DNA from: Hormiphora californensis
Lineage: Eukaryota > Animalia > Ctenophora
Direction: 5' to 3'
DNA length: 64,000 nt
NCBI GenBank assembly: GCA_020137815.1
Contig: CM035351.1
Coordinates: forward strand, 2,418,001-2,482,000
The translations under genes were made by a program, and so were the position numbers. Numbering within the stretch: the first letter of the stretch is position 1; each line of letters opens with the position of its first letter. This document shows, in pieces, positions 9,994 through 21,705 of this stretch. Below the pieces are notes generated by a model. That model was not told the origin of the DNA, did not search any database, and saw nothing but the letters and a program-made list of their open reading frames with translations.

Positions 9994-12900
9994 AGAGAGA
10001 AAAAGAGAGAGGAAGAAAAAAGATTGAGAGATTGATGGTGTGCACAGAAAACGATATGAAGAAGAGAGACAGGAAGAGCAAGACGCGGCCAGGTTGAGAG
10101 AAAGGGAGAGAAAGGGAAAGATAGAAAGAGTGAGCAAAAGAGGGAGAGACAGAGAGAAAGACAGAGAGAGTGATCAGTGTGAGCAATTCTAATTGCCATT
10201 TCCTCGTCATCTGCGTTTCCCAAGTATTCCGTGTTTCGTTAACTTCTCTTGATTTGGTCATCTGATCATCTGGCCGGGTCGGTGGCATGTCAATCGGTGG
10301 AGATGGACACGGCCGGGTCATGAGGGCCCGTTTAGCCAGCCAGGATTCGGGTAGCAGTAAGATACTGTTGAGGTTCAATGCCCCGCCCAGACAAAGCCCC
10401 TATAACACCAACCCAAATGGACGTCCCTCTTCGCTGAAGGATAAGGGAAGTGTGAAGAGAGAAGGACTGCAGAGTCTCCAATATCAGTTAGGGGCGGGAG
10501 GGAGTAACCCTGCTCTCACTGACAAGAGTGCCTGGAGGAGGGTTAAGGGGGCATTCATGAAGGCACGGAAACCATCCTACTTGCCACCCACGGACGGAGC
10601 TAGTAACTTCTTTGTGACGGTTATTGTGGGTGGAGACCGGTTCAAAACAAGGAAGAGCACCCTGGAGTACTTTCCCGATTCCCTGCTGGGAGGTCCTGGA
10701 ACAGCTGCCGAGTATTGGAACGAAGACCGGGCTGCGTATGTGTTCCCAACCCGGTGTCGCATGTCTTTTGAGAACATCCTCTACTTTTACCAGACTGAGG
10801 GGTACGTGTTGAAGTGTCCCGAGTCTGTTCACATGGCAACCTTCAAGGAGGAGTGCCTGTTTTTCAAGCTCCCTGAGGATGATATAGCGAGGTGCGAGCA
10901 CGGGGAGGTACTGGACATGGTGAAGAAGATGGAGAGTGAACCAAAAAATGAGGGAACACTCAACAAGATTGGAAAGAAGATCATGGCACCGGGGTCTCTG
11001 ACAAAGAAAGTTCTGGGGGTGATTGACATGATAGCAACAGTGGTGTACATCCTAATTCTCATTACAATGACTGAGTACGTGATATTCCGATCTGAGAATG
11101 ATCTCACTCAGGTCATCCTAACCTACCTGTCTGCCTCCTGTGTGGGATGGTTTATAATCCACTATCTCGTTATGCTGCTTAGTACTACAGACAAGAAGGG
11201 CCATTGTTTGGGGTTGTTGAGTCTGATTGATTTTCTTGTCGTCTCCTCCTTTCTCATGGACTTCTTTAGTCAGTACATGTTTGAGGACCAGACGCTCCGG
11301 AAGAAGGTGACAGAGGCAAGAATTCTAATTGGCGTCGCTAGGCAACTGTGTATAGCCCGGTACTCTACACTTCTGTATTGTTTGGGTGTTGCAGTGAAAC
11401 GCTCTGGCAAGGATCTCCTACACATTCTCTACCTCCTGATAATTCTCATCCTGGTCTTCTCATCTGCTGCCTACTTCTTTGAGACAGACAGCGGGCTGCA
11501 CATTGATAACAAGGAACGTATGTGGAGGGAGATGGATAAAGCCATTGTGGATATGAAGGTGGAAGAAGAGACTCTATTCTCTGATCTGCAGTATGTGGCT
11601 AGGAATGGGACTCAATGGGCCCATAACCGGTATATCGAGGAGACAAGTGCTGCTGCCATTTTCAAATCCTATATAAACGGAACCTCTCTAATGAGACTGG
11701 ACCCATCGCGGTGGCTTTCCATTGACCAGTACACAGAGAAAAACGGCCGGCCAGACAAAAACAGTTTCGTCTCCCAGGTGATATATACGAGGTTTATAGA
11801 GAAGGTGAACCTGACACTGCGATTCCGGCCGGTTATTCGGAATGGAAGTATGATTATCATAATGGTGGAGAACTTTATACCGATATGGGTGGGCAACTGG
11901 GGTATAATAATTGAGATTGAGTCCATGTTTACCAGTATTCCTGCCTCTCTCTGGTGGGGTTTCGTCACCATAACAACAGGTTAGAATTATTTATTGCCAT
12001 AGCAACACAATGGCTCATAGTATCGTTATGTTGTAGTGCACCCAATGTTGCGGCCCTACTAGGTATGTAGTAAACAATGTATGTATGAGTGATGATAATG
12101 TTACCCAAACATAGTCACTCAACCTGTGTTATGCTTGGTTGAACTACTACTCTACTCATTTGTCCAGCCGGAAGGAGAAAACAAAACTTCCTCACTGATA
12201 TGCGGCTAATAAACAATCAACCGATCCTTATTCTCTGTCAGCTTGGTTGAAACATACAATAATTCCCCCCCCCTCTTTTTCAGTGGGTTACGGTGACCTA
12301 GCACCCCGGACAGCCTGGGGAAAAGTTATCAGCGCAGTACTTGCCCTAACCGGGATTCCTCTCATTGCCATCCCACTCCCTCTGATTATGAACGAGTTCA
12401 CCAACCAGTACCAGGAGACAAAACGGCGGGAAGAGTTGGAGAGACAGGCAGGGAGGTTATACAAACAGCGGGCAGCTGAGAGGAGCAGAGTGGCCTCCAG
12501 GGAGCCAGATTACAGCTCACAAAACGATGAAGAAAGTGAGGATCGGAGGAAGAGGTTGTTGAGTGTGGTCCGGCTGTTTCAGAGTGAGGTGTTCAGACGG
12601 GGCTCATTGTTTAAAGATGAGTCTATTGTGAAAGAGGAGAGTGAGAGTGAGGTGGTGGGAGAGGAAGATGGAAATGATGTGGGGAGTGGAAACCAAGAGA
12701 GGGAGGAAGGGGATGAGGAAGGACAGTGGAGAAATGCAGGATTCAGAAACACATACTGAAGAAGACATTGGAAGTCTTGAAGGTGAAGAAGTGGATGAAC
12801 GAGGGAAGACGGCAGACTGGAAAACAGTTAGGAGAAATACACGGAATGAGGGATAATAAGACAAGAGGAGGAGGCAGAAAGAGAAAGTCTGCTAAATGAT

Positions 12901-15773
12901 GGGGAACCACATACCTGATTATTCTCTCCAGCTGTTGTCCAGTTCATAGCTCGGGCAAATTCCTCAAAGCTCTTGCGTAGGTCAGACCAACAATTGGATA
13001 TTCCGTACTCCTACAGGCAATGAGAGACAATTGATATCAGAAACTCAGTTTGAATAATGTGTAAATTTGTGTGTCAACTACATTATTTTATCTAACAATT
13101 ATTAGTCAGCATTTTAACGAAGTTTATGACAAAAAAGAGCAGATCAGTAGTTTACTAGTACCCTCACCTCTCGTGTTTGAAGGTCCTTGATAGAGGCACA
13201 TTCCACATGGTACTGTATAACACGGCGTAGTAAGGACACTGCCATTGTTTCACTCAACTCCACACCACCCTTCTCCTTACCCACTGAAGACAACATCGGG
13301 ATATCTTCGGTAATGAAGTTGAACGTTGTTCTCTTTTGTGATATTAGCTTATGATGAATGGTAGAAAGGTTTAATTTGTTAGTACTCACCGTTAGAGAGG
13401 ATTAGCGGTACGAGTTCCCTCACCAACATTCTCCTTACTGGGTTAACAGCGCTCTGGTAACCCAAGGGACCCTCGTGTCTCGTCAGAACGGTAGCTGCAT
13501 TGATAGCGTGGGGGTCTACCGAGGAGGGGTAGTTTCGCATCATCTGGGAGGTGGGAGATAAAGTTAGGGTGTTAGAGATAGGAGGGTACAGTGTTTGAGA
13601 TGGGAGGAGGGCCAGGGTCATTCCAATTATGAAACTTAATAAGTTGGCAAAATGTTTTCACTGGCAATAATTAATAAGCTAATACGCAGCTCTTGCTAAT
13701 CACGACAGACGGCACACAGATCTCACTGAATAGAAGTTGTATTGATTGAAATGGTTGATTGAATGAAGTCTGTGTGCGCGTGTAAATTGCGCGGCACCCT
13801 CTACTCGTGAGGTGTTTGGCAGTCGCGCGGGGAAAGAATAGTGTGTATATACAGGGTGGGCCACGGATTGTTGGTAAGGGTTAGCGAGTTGTCCCGTCAA
13901 AACGGTGATAGTTGCGAGAATAAAAATTATGGGAGCACTCTGGATCAATTTCTTGGTAACTTTTTCCATAATTTTTTGTCAAAAATTCGAAAATTCATTT
14001 TTCATTCCTTCATTCATTTCTCGTTCATTTATGATGTGAGCATCCTAATTTTCCATCATGGTGCTATTTTTCTTTGGCTTGAATTTATCTTTCCAATGAA
14101 CACCATAAAAATGAAATTGAAGCACCAGGTCACGTTGCAGTTGAGAAAATGCTCATGCATGATTTTGGCTCTTCCTGCGACTTTCAATGAGATGTATCAC
14201 GGTTCCCTTTTGTTCAATCTTTTTCAAAATTTGGGTGAACATTGGATAAACAAAGATCTTTGCTCACAAGAAAAATCAAGGTCAAAACTCAAAGTTCATT
14301 TTTCATTTTTGGTAGTTCATTCCACTCATTCAGGAACTAACATCCCTAAAGTCATGAAAAGTTTTGGGTTTTGTTTGGCCTATGCTCTGCAATGCCAGAG
14401 AGGTGTAGTAGCGTGTCTCCGGGCTAGTTTTTGGGTGTCCATGTGATCATGATGATACCTGACACCTTATTTGGGCCATAATTAAGAGATTTTCTCAAGT
14501 TGAAGCATGTGACTTGGGGTTTCTGTGATTGATATCGTGAAACAATGTTATGGGATCCTATAGCACCCCTAAAATGATGATTAATTCAACAAAATGAGTT
14601 GATTTATGATCGAAATTGTTCGTTTAGTTGAGTTTGTCTTCGGTTTAAATCTTTTCAATAATAAATCAACTCATTTTGTTGAATTAATCATCATTTTAGG
14701 GGTGCTATGGGATCCCATAACATTGTTTCACGATATCAATCACAGAAAACCAAAGTCGCATGCTTCAACTTGAGAAAATCTCTTAATTATGGCCCAAATA
14801 AGGTGTCAGGTATCATCATGATCACATGGACACCCAAAAACTAGCCCGGAAACACGCTACTACACCTCTCTGGCATTGCAGAGCATAGGCCAAACAAAAC
14901 CCAAAACTTTTCATGACTTTAGGGATGTTAGTTCCTGAATGAGTGGAATGAACTACCAAAAATGAAAAATGAACTTTGAGTTTTGACCTTGATTTTTCTT
15001 GTGAGCAAAGATCTTTGTTTATCCAATGTTCACCCAAATTTTGAAAAAGATTGAACAAAAGGGAGCCGTGATACAGCTCATTGAAAGTCGCAGGAAGAGC
15101 CAAAATCATGCATGAGCATTTTCTCAACTGCAACGTGACCTGGTGCTTCAATTTCATTTTTATGGTGTTCATTGGAAAGATAAATTCAAGCCAAAGAAAA
15201 ATAGCACCATGATGGAAAATTAGGATGCTCACATCATAAATGAACGAGAAATGAATGAAGGAATGAAAAATGAATTTTCGAATTTTTGACAAAAAATTAT
15301 GGAAAAAGTTACCAAGAAATTGATCCAGAGTGCTCCCATAATTTTTATTCTCGCAACTATCACCGTTTTGACGGGACAACTCGCTAACCCTTACCAACAA
15401 TCCGTGGCCCACCTTGTATGTGACAGGTGGGGCACATCTTGCAAAAACAGATCTCTTTATTTCACACTCGACAATCCCCATCTTCTTCTCTTGAAACATG
15501 ACCCGGCCATGATCTTGTCTGTGAATATGGAGATCCTTTTACCAGGGGGGGATTAGCATACAATTATAATGTATTTTCCCGCTCTTCCTAAACCTGGGAA
15601 TCTTGGGCGGGTTTACTTTTCATGAATATTGATAGAATTGGTAGAATAAGGATTGGATAGGCCTTTATTCCCTCTCTACAATTAATTCCTTTCTAGAGAT
15701 CTATTGTATTTGTTGATGCCCCACTACCGTAGAACTGGGGTCTGAATTCACTCTCTCTTTTTCTTATCTTTTT

Positions 15774-15851
<78 letters not shown>

Positions 15852-16053
15852 CTCTCCTCCTCGAACTCTCTCTCTCTCTCGCACAACCTGGCCGTCGTCT
15901 TGCTCTTCCTGTCTCTCTCTCTCTTCTATCGTTTTTGTGCACAACCATGCAATCTTCAGTCTTTGTCTCTCGCTTAAGATCGTTTTCAGGTGCAGACAGC
16001 AGATTTCAGTCTGTTATCTGCTATAGAGAACTCCCTCTCTCTATCTCTCTCTC

Positions 16054-16118
<65 letters not shown>

Positions 16119-17458
16119 CCACTACACGCACCACTCCCACATGGGGCCGTAAGGTCCCATGTGGGAACAGGGTTAAATCCCCCGAGCCCGGATCCTGTTG
16201 GATCTGAGGGCCCGGAGGGCCTGCGGAGTAAAGGTAGGTAGAACAATGTACAAAGGGGTAGGTTGAACAATGTACATATAGGTTAAGGTAAGGAAAAATA
16301 AAATAGGGGAAGTAAAGCTCATGGTGGCAGAGCAAAAGACCTCTTAAACTATCTGGAAAGAAGCTCAGCTTGCTGGAACGGAATCTAAGAAGAGTCAACC
16401 TATCAGGAACAAAACGTCTGGAACAAAACTTCTGGAACGGAATCTAAGGCAGTCTAAGAGCAAGCAGGAACGGGTGAATCGGTAAAAAACTAATACAAAT
16501 ATACATCGAGTGGGGTTACAGGAGGCTAATTACATGTCGAGAACTTTCCGGAGCGTGTTCATCGAGTTAAAGAGGACTGACTTTTGGAGCTGTGAGGGGT
16601 AGATTTGGCGGGTTATAGCAGTCAGGTACTTCTCCAGTCGGGGGCTGACTCCGCCAAGAGCTCCAATCACGATAGGGATGACCGTGGCCTTTTTAAGTTC
16701 CCAAATTCGTGTGAGCTCCCTCCGTAGTTCTTGGTACTTCTCGATCTTCTCCATCTCCCTGTCCGAGACTGACCTGTCTTTTGGTACAGCGACGTCGATC
16801 AGTAGCGCCTCCTTCTTTGATTTGTCTAGAAGGACCAGGTCAGGTTTACATGCCTCGATGGGGTTGTCCGTCTGTATGTGGAAGTCCCAGAGGATCTTGT
16901 AGTTCTCATTCTCGAGCACTTTCTCTGCATAGTGGCTCCACCACTTTGATTCAGCAGGAAATCCGTAGTCCTTGCACATTCCCCAGTGTAGGGCGGCAGC
17001 TACTCGATCGTGTCTGAGCTTATAGTCTCCGTTGGCAAGTTTCGTGCATCCGTTTAGGATGTGTTCCACCGACTCGTTGTGTTGGTTACAGATACGGCAC
17101 TTCTCAGTCACTCCTTGCTCTTTCTCGATAGCAGCCTTCAGCCAGTTTGTGCGAATGGCTTGATCCTGGGCAGCAAATACATCGGCTTCGGTGTATCTGC
17201 TGAGGCTCTCTTTGTTGAGCCAGGCCCAGGTCGCATCAGGGTCGCATCCCCCTTCTTCCAGTTGCTTCAGGAATCTTCCATGTAGGACTTTGTTTTTCCA
17301 TTTCTCTACAAGTTCCGTCTGTAATCTTTCTTTCAGGGCTCCTGAGTCTTCTGGAGGTTTAGTTAGCATATCTTCATTTTGCATCGCCGTGTGGAGGGCA
17401 CGTATCTTGGGGTCCGTAGAATTACTGAAGAATGTCACGAGTCCTGTCTCTTCCTTCA

Positions 17459-17531
<73 letters not shown>

Positions 17532-18643
17532 GGACAGCGATAGTCGATAGATTATCAAAACAGCTCTCTTTTTCTTTTCCGTGCCATAGCTTTGTCCTAG
17601 CAATATCTCACACATTGATCTAAGCTCTCCCATTAAATCTCAGGATACAAGAAACTACCACTCTTCTTCAGCTGTTCTCCCCTATTGCTTGGGCTGTTCC
17701 ACTACTATTAACGAACTTGTCGTCTTCTTTCATTAGTCTCTTCACTCCTCTCCATTTATTTACCCATGACTACTGGGTTCTGAGTAGAAGATGTAAAAAG
17801 AGGCCACTTCTAATATCCATTTTTCCGTCTTTCTGTATAGACTCGCTTGCCTTGTTCGACCCTCCCCGCGCCCCAAAACAAAGACTCGGATACTAGGATC
17901 AGCAATACATTTTGCCTGCTTTCCCTGGAAATATGTTTCCCTGTTTTGCCCCTATTATATAATTTGGGTGACAAGTCCCATGTTCACAGTAAACAGTTGT
18001 AGTACATGTTAATATACCTGGAGGACAGTAGCTGTACATTTTAGTTTGTCTGTGTGAGAAGTTGCCACAGTTAGATAAACACTCTGCTGCTCAGATTCGT
18101 TTAGATGCTCAAACAACTCTATCTGTGGAGAGAGAGTAAAGTATACGTTGGGTAATTAGCTGTTTATTAGAATAATCTCATTTATGGGATTTATAAACAC
18201 GTGATATTAAAAAACGGCTCATATATTCACATCTCACTCACATCTTTAGAGGGCGTGCCAGCGCTGACAAGTGCCAGCAACTCCACCAGGTATTCTACCA
18301 GCTCAGAATTGTCCGGGAACTGCTTCATGAGACGGGAAAACTGTTCCCGAGCGGCGGCCAGGGGCGAATGACAGAGGTGCCATTTGTAGAGTGTTATGTG
18401 GAGTGCACAGTTGGATGGATATAGAGCCAATCCACACTGCAACCATATCTGAAGGGAGGGGAGTAGGAGGGGATTAGGAGTGGGGAGTAGGAATGGGGAG
18501 GGATTAGGAGTGGGGAAAGAGGGGATTAGGAGTGAGGAGTAGGAATGGGGAGGGATTAGGAGTAGGAGTAGGGAGAGAAGAGGTTTAATGGGGATTGGGA
18601 GGCCGGAATGGGAACAGAGGGTGAACCTCTCTTTTTCATCCAT
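8370..18643 (-). CDS. INTS10: Integrator complex subunit 10, multi-exon; 5' exon structure approximate
   Basis: N-terminal WLQCGLALYPSNCALHITLY..FSRLMKQFPD (18240-18448); exon ~9290-9447 RWRWFSLFLCDVSLYTG; C-terminal LGSLLVICQ..LLEYITQIELLEELLYL..KEDVVKLLKGHVTSCREN..VLKFLLNNK. These match INTS10 motifs as recalled (WLRIFLTDMIIYQG; NYVTNIDMLEEFAYL; KEDF..QVSRCGEN). Further GT-AG exons lie at ~9558-9842, 12915-13010 and 13168-13552. Confidence 0.82.
9905..10010. repeat. (GA)n microsatellite; others at ~15775-15880, 16030-16114, 17461-17529, 62122-62410, 63925-63968
   Basis: Directly visible dinucleotide runs. Confidence 0.98.
10287..12759 (+). CDS. Shaker/Kv1-like potassium channel (T1 + 6TM), 2 exons (10287-11979, 12284-12759), nested antisense in an INTS10 intron
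   Basis: T1 domain VIVGGDRFKTRKSTLEYFPDSLLG..SFENILYFYQTEG..FKEECLFFKL; S1-S5 hydrophobic segments; pore FTSIPASLWWGFVTITT/VGYGDLAP restored across the GT-AG intron 11980-12283; S6 IAIPLPLIMNEF. Confidence 0.93.
13852..15416. mobile_element. Foldback Tc1/mariner-type MITE, ~755-bp inverted arms with ~55-bp spacer, TA TSD
   Basis: Termini TA|CAGGGTGGGCCACGG ... CCGTGGCCCACCTTG|TA. The mirror ORFs 13841-14446(+) and 14822-15499(-) are near-identical. Confidence 0.93.
16115..17460 (-). mobile_element. R4/Dong-type (RLE) non-LTR retrotransposon 3' fragment inserted in a (TC)n microsatellite
   Basis: CCHC knuckle CRIC..ESVEHILNGC, RHD motif, and restriction-like endonuclease KPDL..LIDVAVP..EKIEKYQEL..PIVIGALG. 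A 3' UTR spans 16115-16529, and both ends abut (TC)n. Confidence 0.92.
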
Positions 18644-18822
18644 CTCTAAGGAAGCGAAAACGAGAGCTGAAGAAGTGGTGAAGCTCTCTCTCTTCTTGCA
18701 GATGGGAGACAGAAGCGGAAAAGAAAGTTAAATAGGGGGGGGCCAACGCTCATTTTTTATATATTTTTATATATTTTATATACCTTTTTTTTAGAAAAAA
18801 AAAACATAATTTTTTATATATA

Positions 18823-19707
18823 CAGGGGTGGGCATAAAAAATGTCCGCCCTAGACTAGCATAGTTCCAGATATCGTAGAGGGCTAAAACTTGGCAGAGTT
18901 ACTCTATAGAACAAATAAATAGGTTGACCAAAATTTCAGACTTTTAGCTCAAAGTTCATTTTTTTGATCGGAATGAACATTGTCAGTCATTCCAAAAAAC
19001 ATGAATTTTCGGTCCAGAAGTCAAACAATTGTCTTTGGCTATCGAATTTCTTTCAAATGCGACCAAGAAAATCGAAAACGGACAAACACAAGGCACACAG
19101 AGGTCATGTTTCCGACAGTTAGTCAAGTCACGTGATCCCTATCGAATCGTGGACTTCTGAATTGCTAATCAGGATTAGTGGTGGAGAATCACGTATCACA
19201 GCCGCCAATGAGGGATGACGAAGATGATTGACCATGAGATCCGAGACTCATTAACAAGTGGCCTCTTTATTCCAGTGCTCTCGAATCACATGTCGCTTTT
19301 TCGATACACATTCCTCATTAGCGGCTATGATACGTGATTCTTCCCCAATAAGCCTGACCAGCAATTCAGAAAGTTGTCCACGATTCGGTGAGGATCACAT
19401 GACCTGACTAACTGCCAGAAACATGATCACTGTGTGCCTTGTGGTTGTCTGTGTTTGATTTTCTTGGTCGCATTTGAAAGAAATTCGATAGCCAAAGACA
19501 ATTGTTTGACTTTTGGACCAAAAATTTATGTTTTTTTGGAATGAATGACAATGTTCATTCCGATCAAAAAATGAACTTTGAGCTAAAAGTCTGAAATTTT
19601 GGTCAACCTATTTATTTGTCCCATAGAGTAACTCTGCCAAATTTTAGCGCTCTACAATATCTGGAACCATGCTAGTCTAGGGCGGACATTTTTTATGCCC
19701 ACCCCTG
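18823..19707. mobile_element. Palindromic Tc1/mariner-type MITE, TA TSD
   Basis: Termini TA|CAGGGGTGGGCATAAAAAATGTCCGCCC ... GGGCGGACATTTTTTATGCCCACCCCTG|TA; ~390-bp arms. Confidence 0.9.
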
Positions 19708-20314
19708 TATATATATAAAATATATAAAAATATATAAAAATGCATATGAATATATAAAAATATATAAAAAATATATAAAAATATGTAAAAAATTGTGCCG
19801 AAAGTGTGAAAACAGAAAGCTGTTTTTCGCCATAGCGGGATCAAATATCATTCAATTGATCTCAAACTTGGTCAGCATCTTCATCTAGATAATCCTGATG
19901 ATTTTCCGTCATCAATGTGACGTTTGTAACATCGTGACGTCGCGTCAATAACTTCATGACGTCAAAATGACGTCAAAAATGATTTGTTTTTTTAGTTTCG
20001 CGATCCCAACCTCTCTTCACCAGTTCTAGTACATATTCACGGATCAACATACAAAAAATGATTGAAATCACACCAAAACTGGTAGATATTATTAGGCCGG
20101 AACCTCTCTTCACCAGTTCTACTTTTGACAGTGCATAATTCACTTTTGAACACATTCTCAATTATGTAAAACAGCTATCACCCTCTCAAACACTTAAATT
20201 AACTCTATGAAACATATTCAAGTGAACAATAGATGGAAATAATCCCCTTTTTTGAAAGTAAAAGGGGTGAAAAAAGGGTTTATTTTATATATTTTTATAT
20301 ATTTTTATATATTA

Positions 20315-21180
20315 CAGTCGGACCCCGATTTAACGGCCCCCGATTTAGCGGCACCCCGATTTAACGGCAGGATAAATTTCCCCCAAAAATTTTTTGAAAA
20401 TTTTTGAAATTTTTTTCAAAGGTGTAGCCTTTCCGAATCGTGTTTCGAATCGGTGCACCTTATTGCATGTCTTGCCGGTAATTAGACGGTTCGAATCGAA
20501 CAGATATGTGATCCCCATGAGGCCCATCGAGTCGCGATTTTGACGCTTATTAAACTGGCCCCATGGGGATCACGTATCGGTTAGTCTCAAACCGTCTAAT
20601 TAGCGACAGGACGTGCGATAAGATGCACTGATTCGAAACACGATTCGGACGTGGTTTATATACCTTTGAAAAATTTTCATAACTTTTTTTGCAAAATTCT
20701 ACAGAATGATTGTCAATGCTTTGATCGGTGCTCCCCATGAATTTTCAGAGGAAAATATATTTTGAAATTCGAATTCTTCCTCACCCCGCTTAAAGTGCCC
20801 AGATTCGGCATGGTATCACGTATCGGTTCGTTTCGAACCGTCTAATTAGCAGCAAGACATGCGATAAGATGCACTGATTCGATAAACGATTCGGACGTGG
20901 TTGATATGTTACAGTATGTACCTACCTTAGAAAATTTTTATAACTTTTTTGAAATTTAAAAAAAATTATTGTCTTTTTCTAATCAGAAAATAGAAATGAT
21001 ATTGATCATGTAATCAATACATGGACATTGCATTTAACACTTAGAGGTGTTTTAGTACAGCATTTTGTACAAAAATAGGGTTTTATGGGCCAAATATGCT
21101 CTACCCCGATTTAACGGACACCCCGATTTAACGGACAAAACCCTTTCCCCCGAGGGTGCCGTTAAATCGGGGTCCGACTG
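20315..21180. mobile_element. Pogo/Tigger-like MITE, TA TSD
   Basis: Termini TA|CAGTCGGACCCCGATTTAACGGC ... GCCGTTAAATCGGGGTCCGACTG|TA, with internal ccccgattta repeats. Confidence 0.9.
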
Positions 21181-21705
21181 TATTTATATAACTTTATATA
21201 TTTTTATATATTTTTATATATTTTTATATATTTTTATATATTTTTATATATATATAAAAAATTCCAAAATTAAGGAAATATGTAAAAAATTCGTTGGCCC
21301 CCCCCCCCCCCCCGTTAAATATTGAAGACAACTCCACGGAAACCATTTCCATCTTTTCTTGGAGAAGAGTCAGGAGACAAGAGGCCCACGCGTACATGCC
21401 ACAGCTAGAGAAAGATTATAGCACACTAAAGTCTGAAGATAACGAGATAACATAGATGATGGTTTGCAGTTGGTAGCTTTAGAGAGTTTAGTCTAGGGAG
21501 GAAAAGGAGAGAAAGAAAAGGAGAGAAAAGTGTTCTAAATAGGAGAGGGAAAGGGAGAGACATGGGAAAATTATGTTGACCAATAAAGAAGGAAAATATT
21601 CAGCTCGCAGTCGCACGTGTCATATATGTTGCTTGTGGCAACTGACTCAACTGAGATCAGAGATGTCATTATAACGGCTCTCTTTTCCCATTTATAGTTT
21701 CAAGG

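Larger units (their letters stand above)
18735..21313. mobile_element. DNA transposon-derived element with poly-G TIRs and 8-bp TSD, hosting two further MITEs
   Basis: Termini GTTAAATA|GGGGGGGGCCAACG ... CGTTGGCCCCCCCC|GTTAAATA; AT-rich (atattttt at)n arrays near both ends. Confidence 0.8.

Noticed and set aside
9800-10378. SLSLSL / RERERE ORFs here and at 15693-16398, 17191-17623, 62003-62481
   Set aside because: They are translations of (GA)n microsatellites; the RERE N-terminus of ORF 16530-17633 is likewise not part of the retroelement protein.
13700-15556. Mirror-image 200-aa ORFs, and the 73-aa pair at 36098/37101
   Set aside because: They are by-products of foldback inverted repeats and show no transposase or other motifs.
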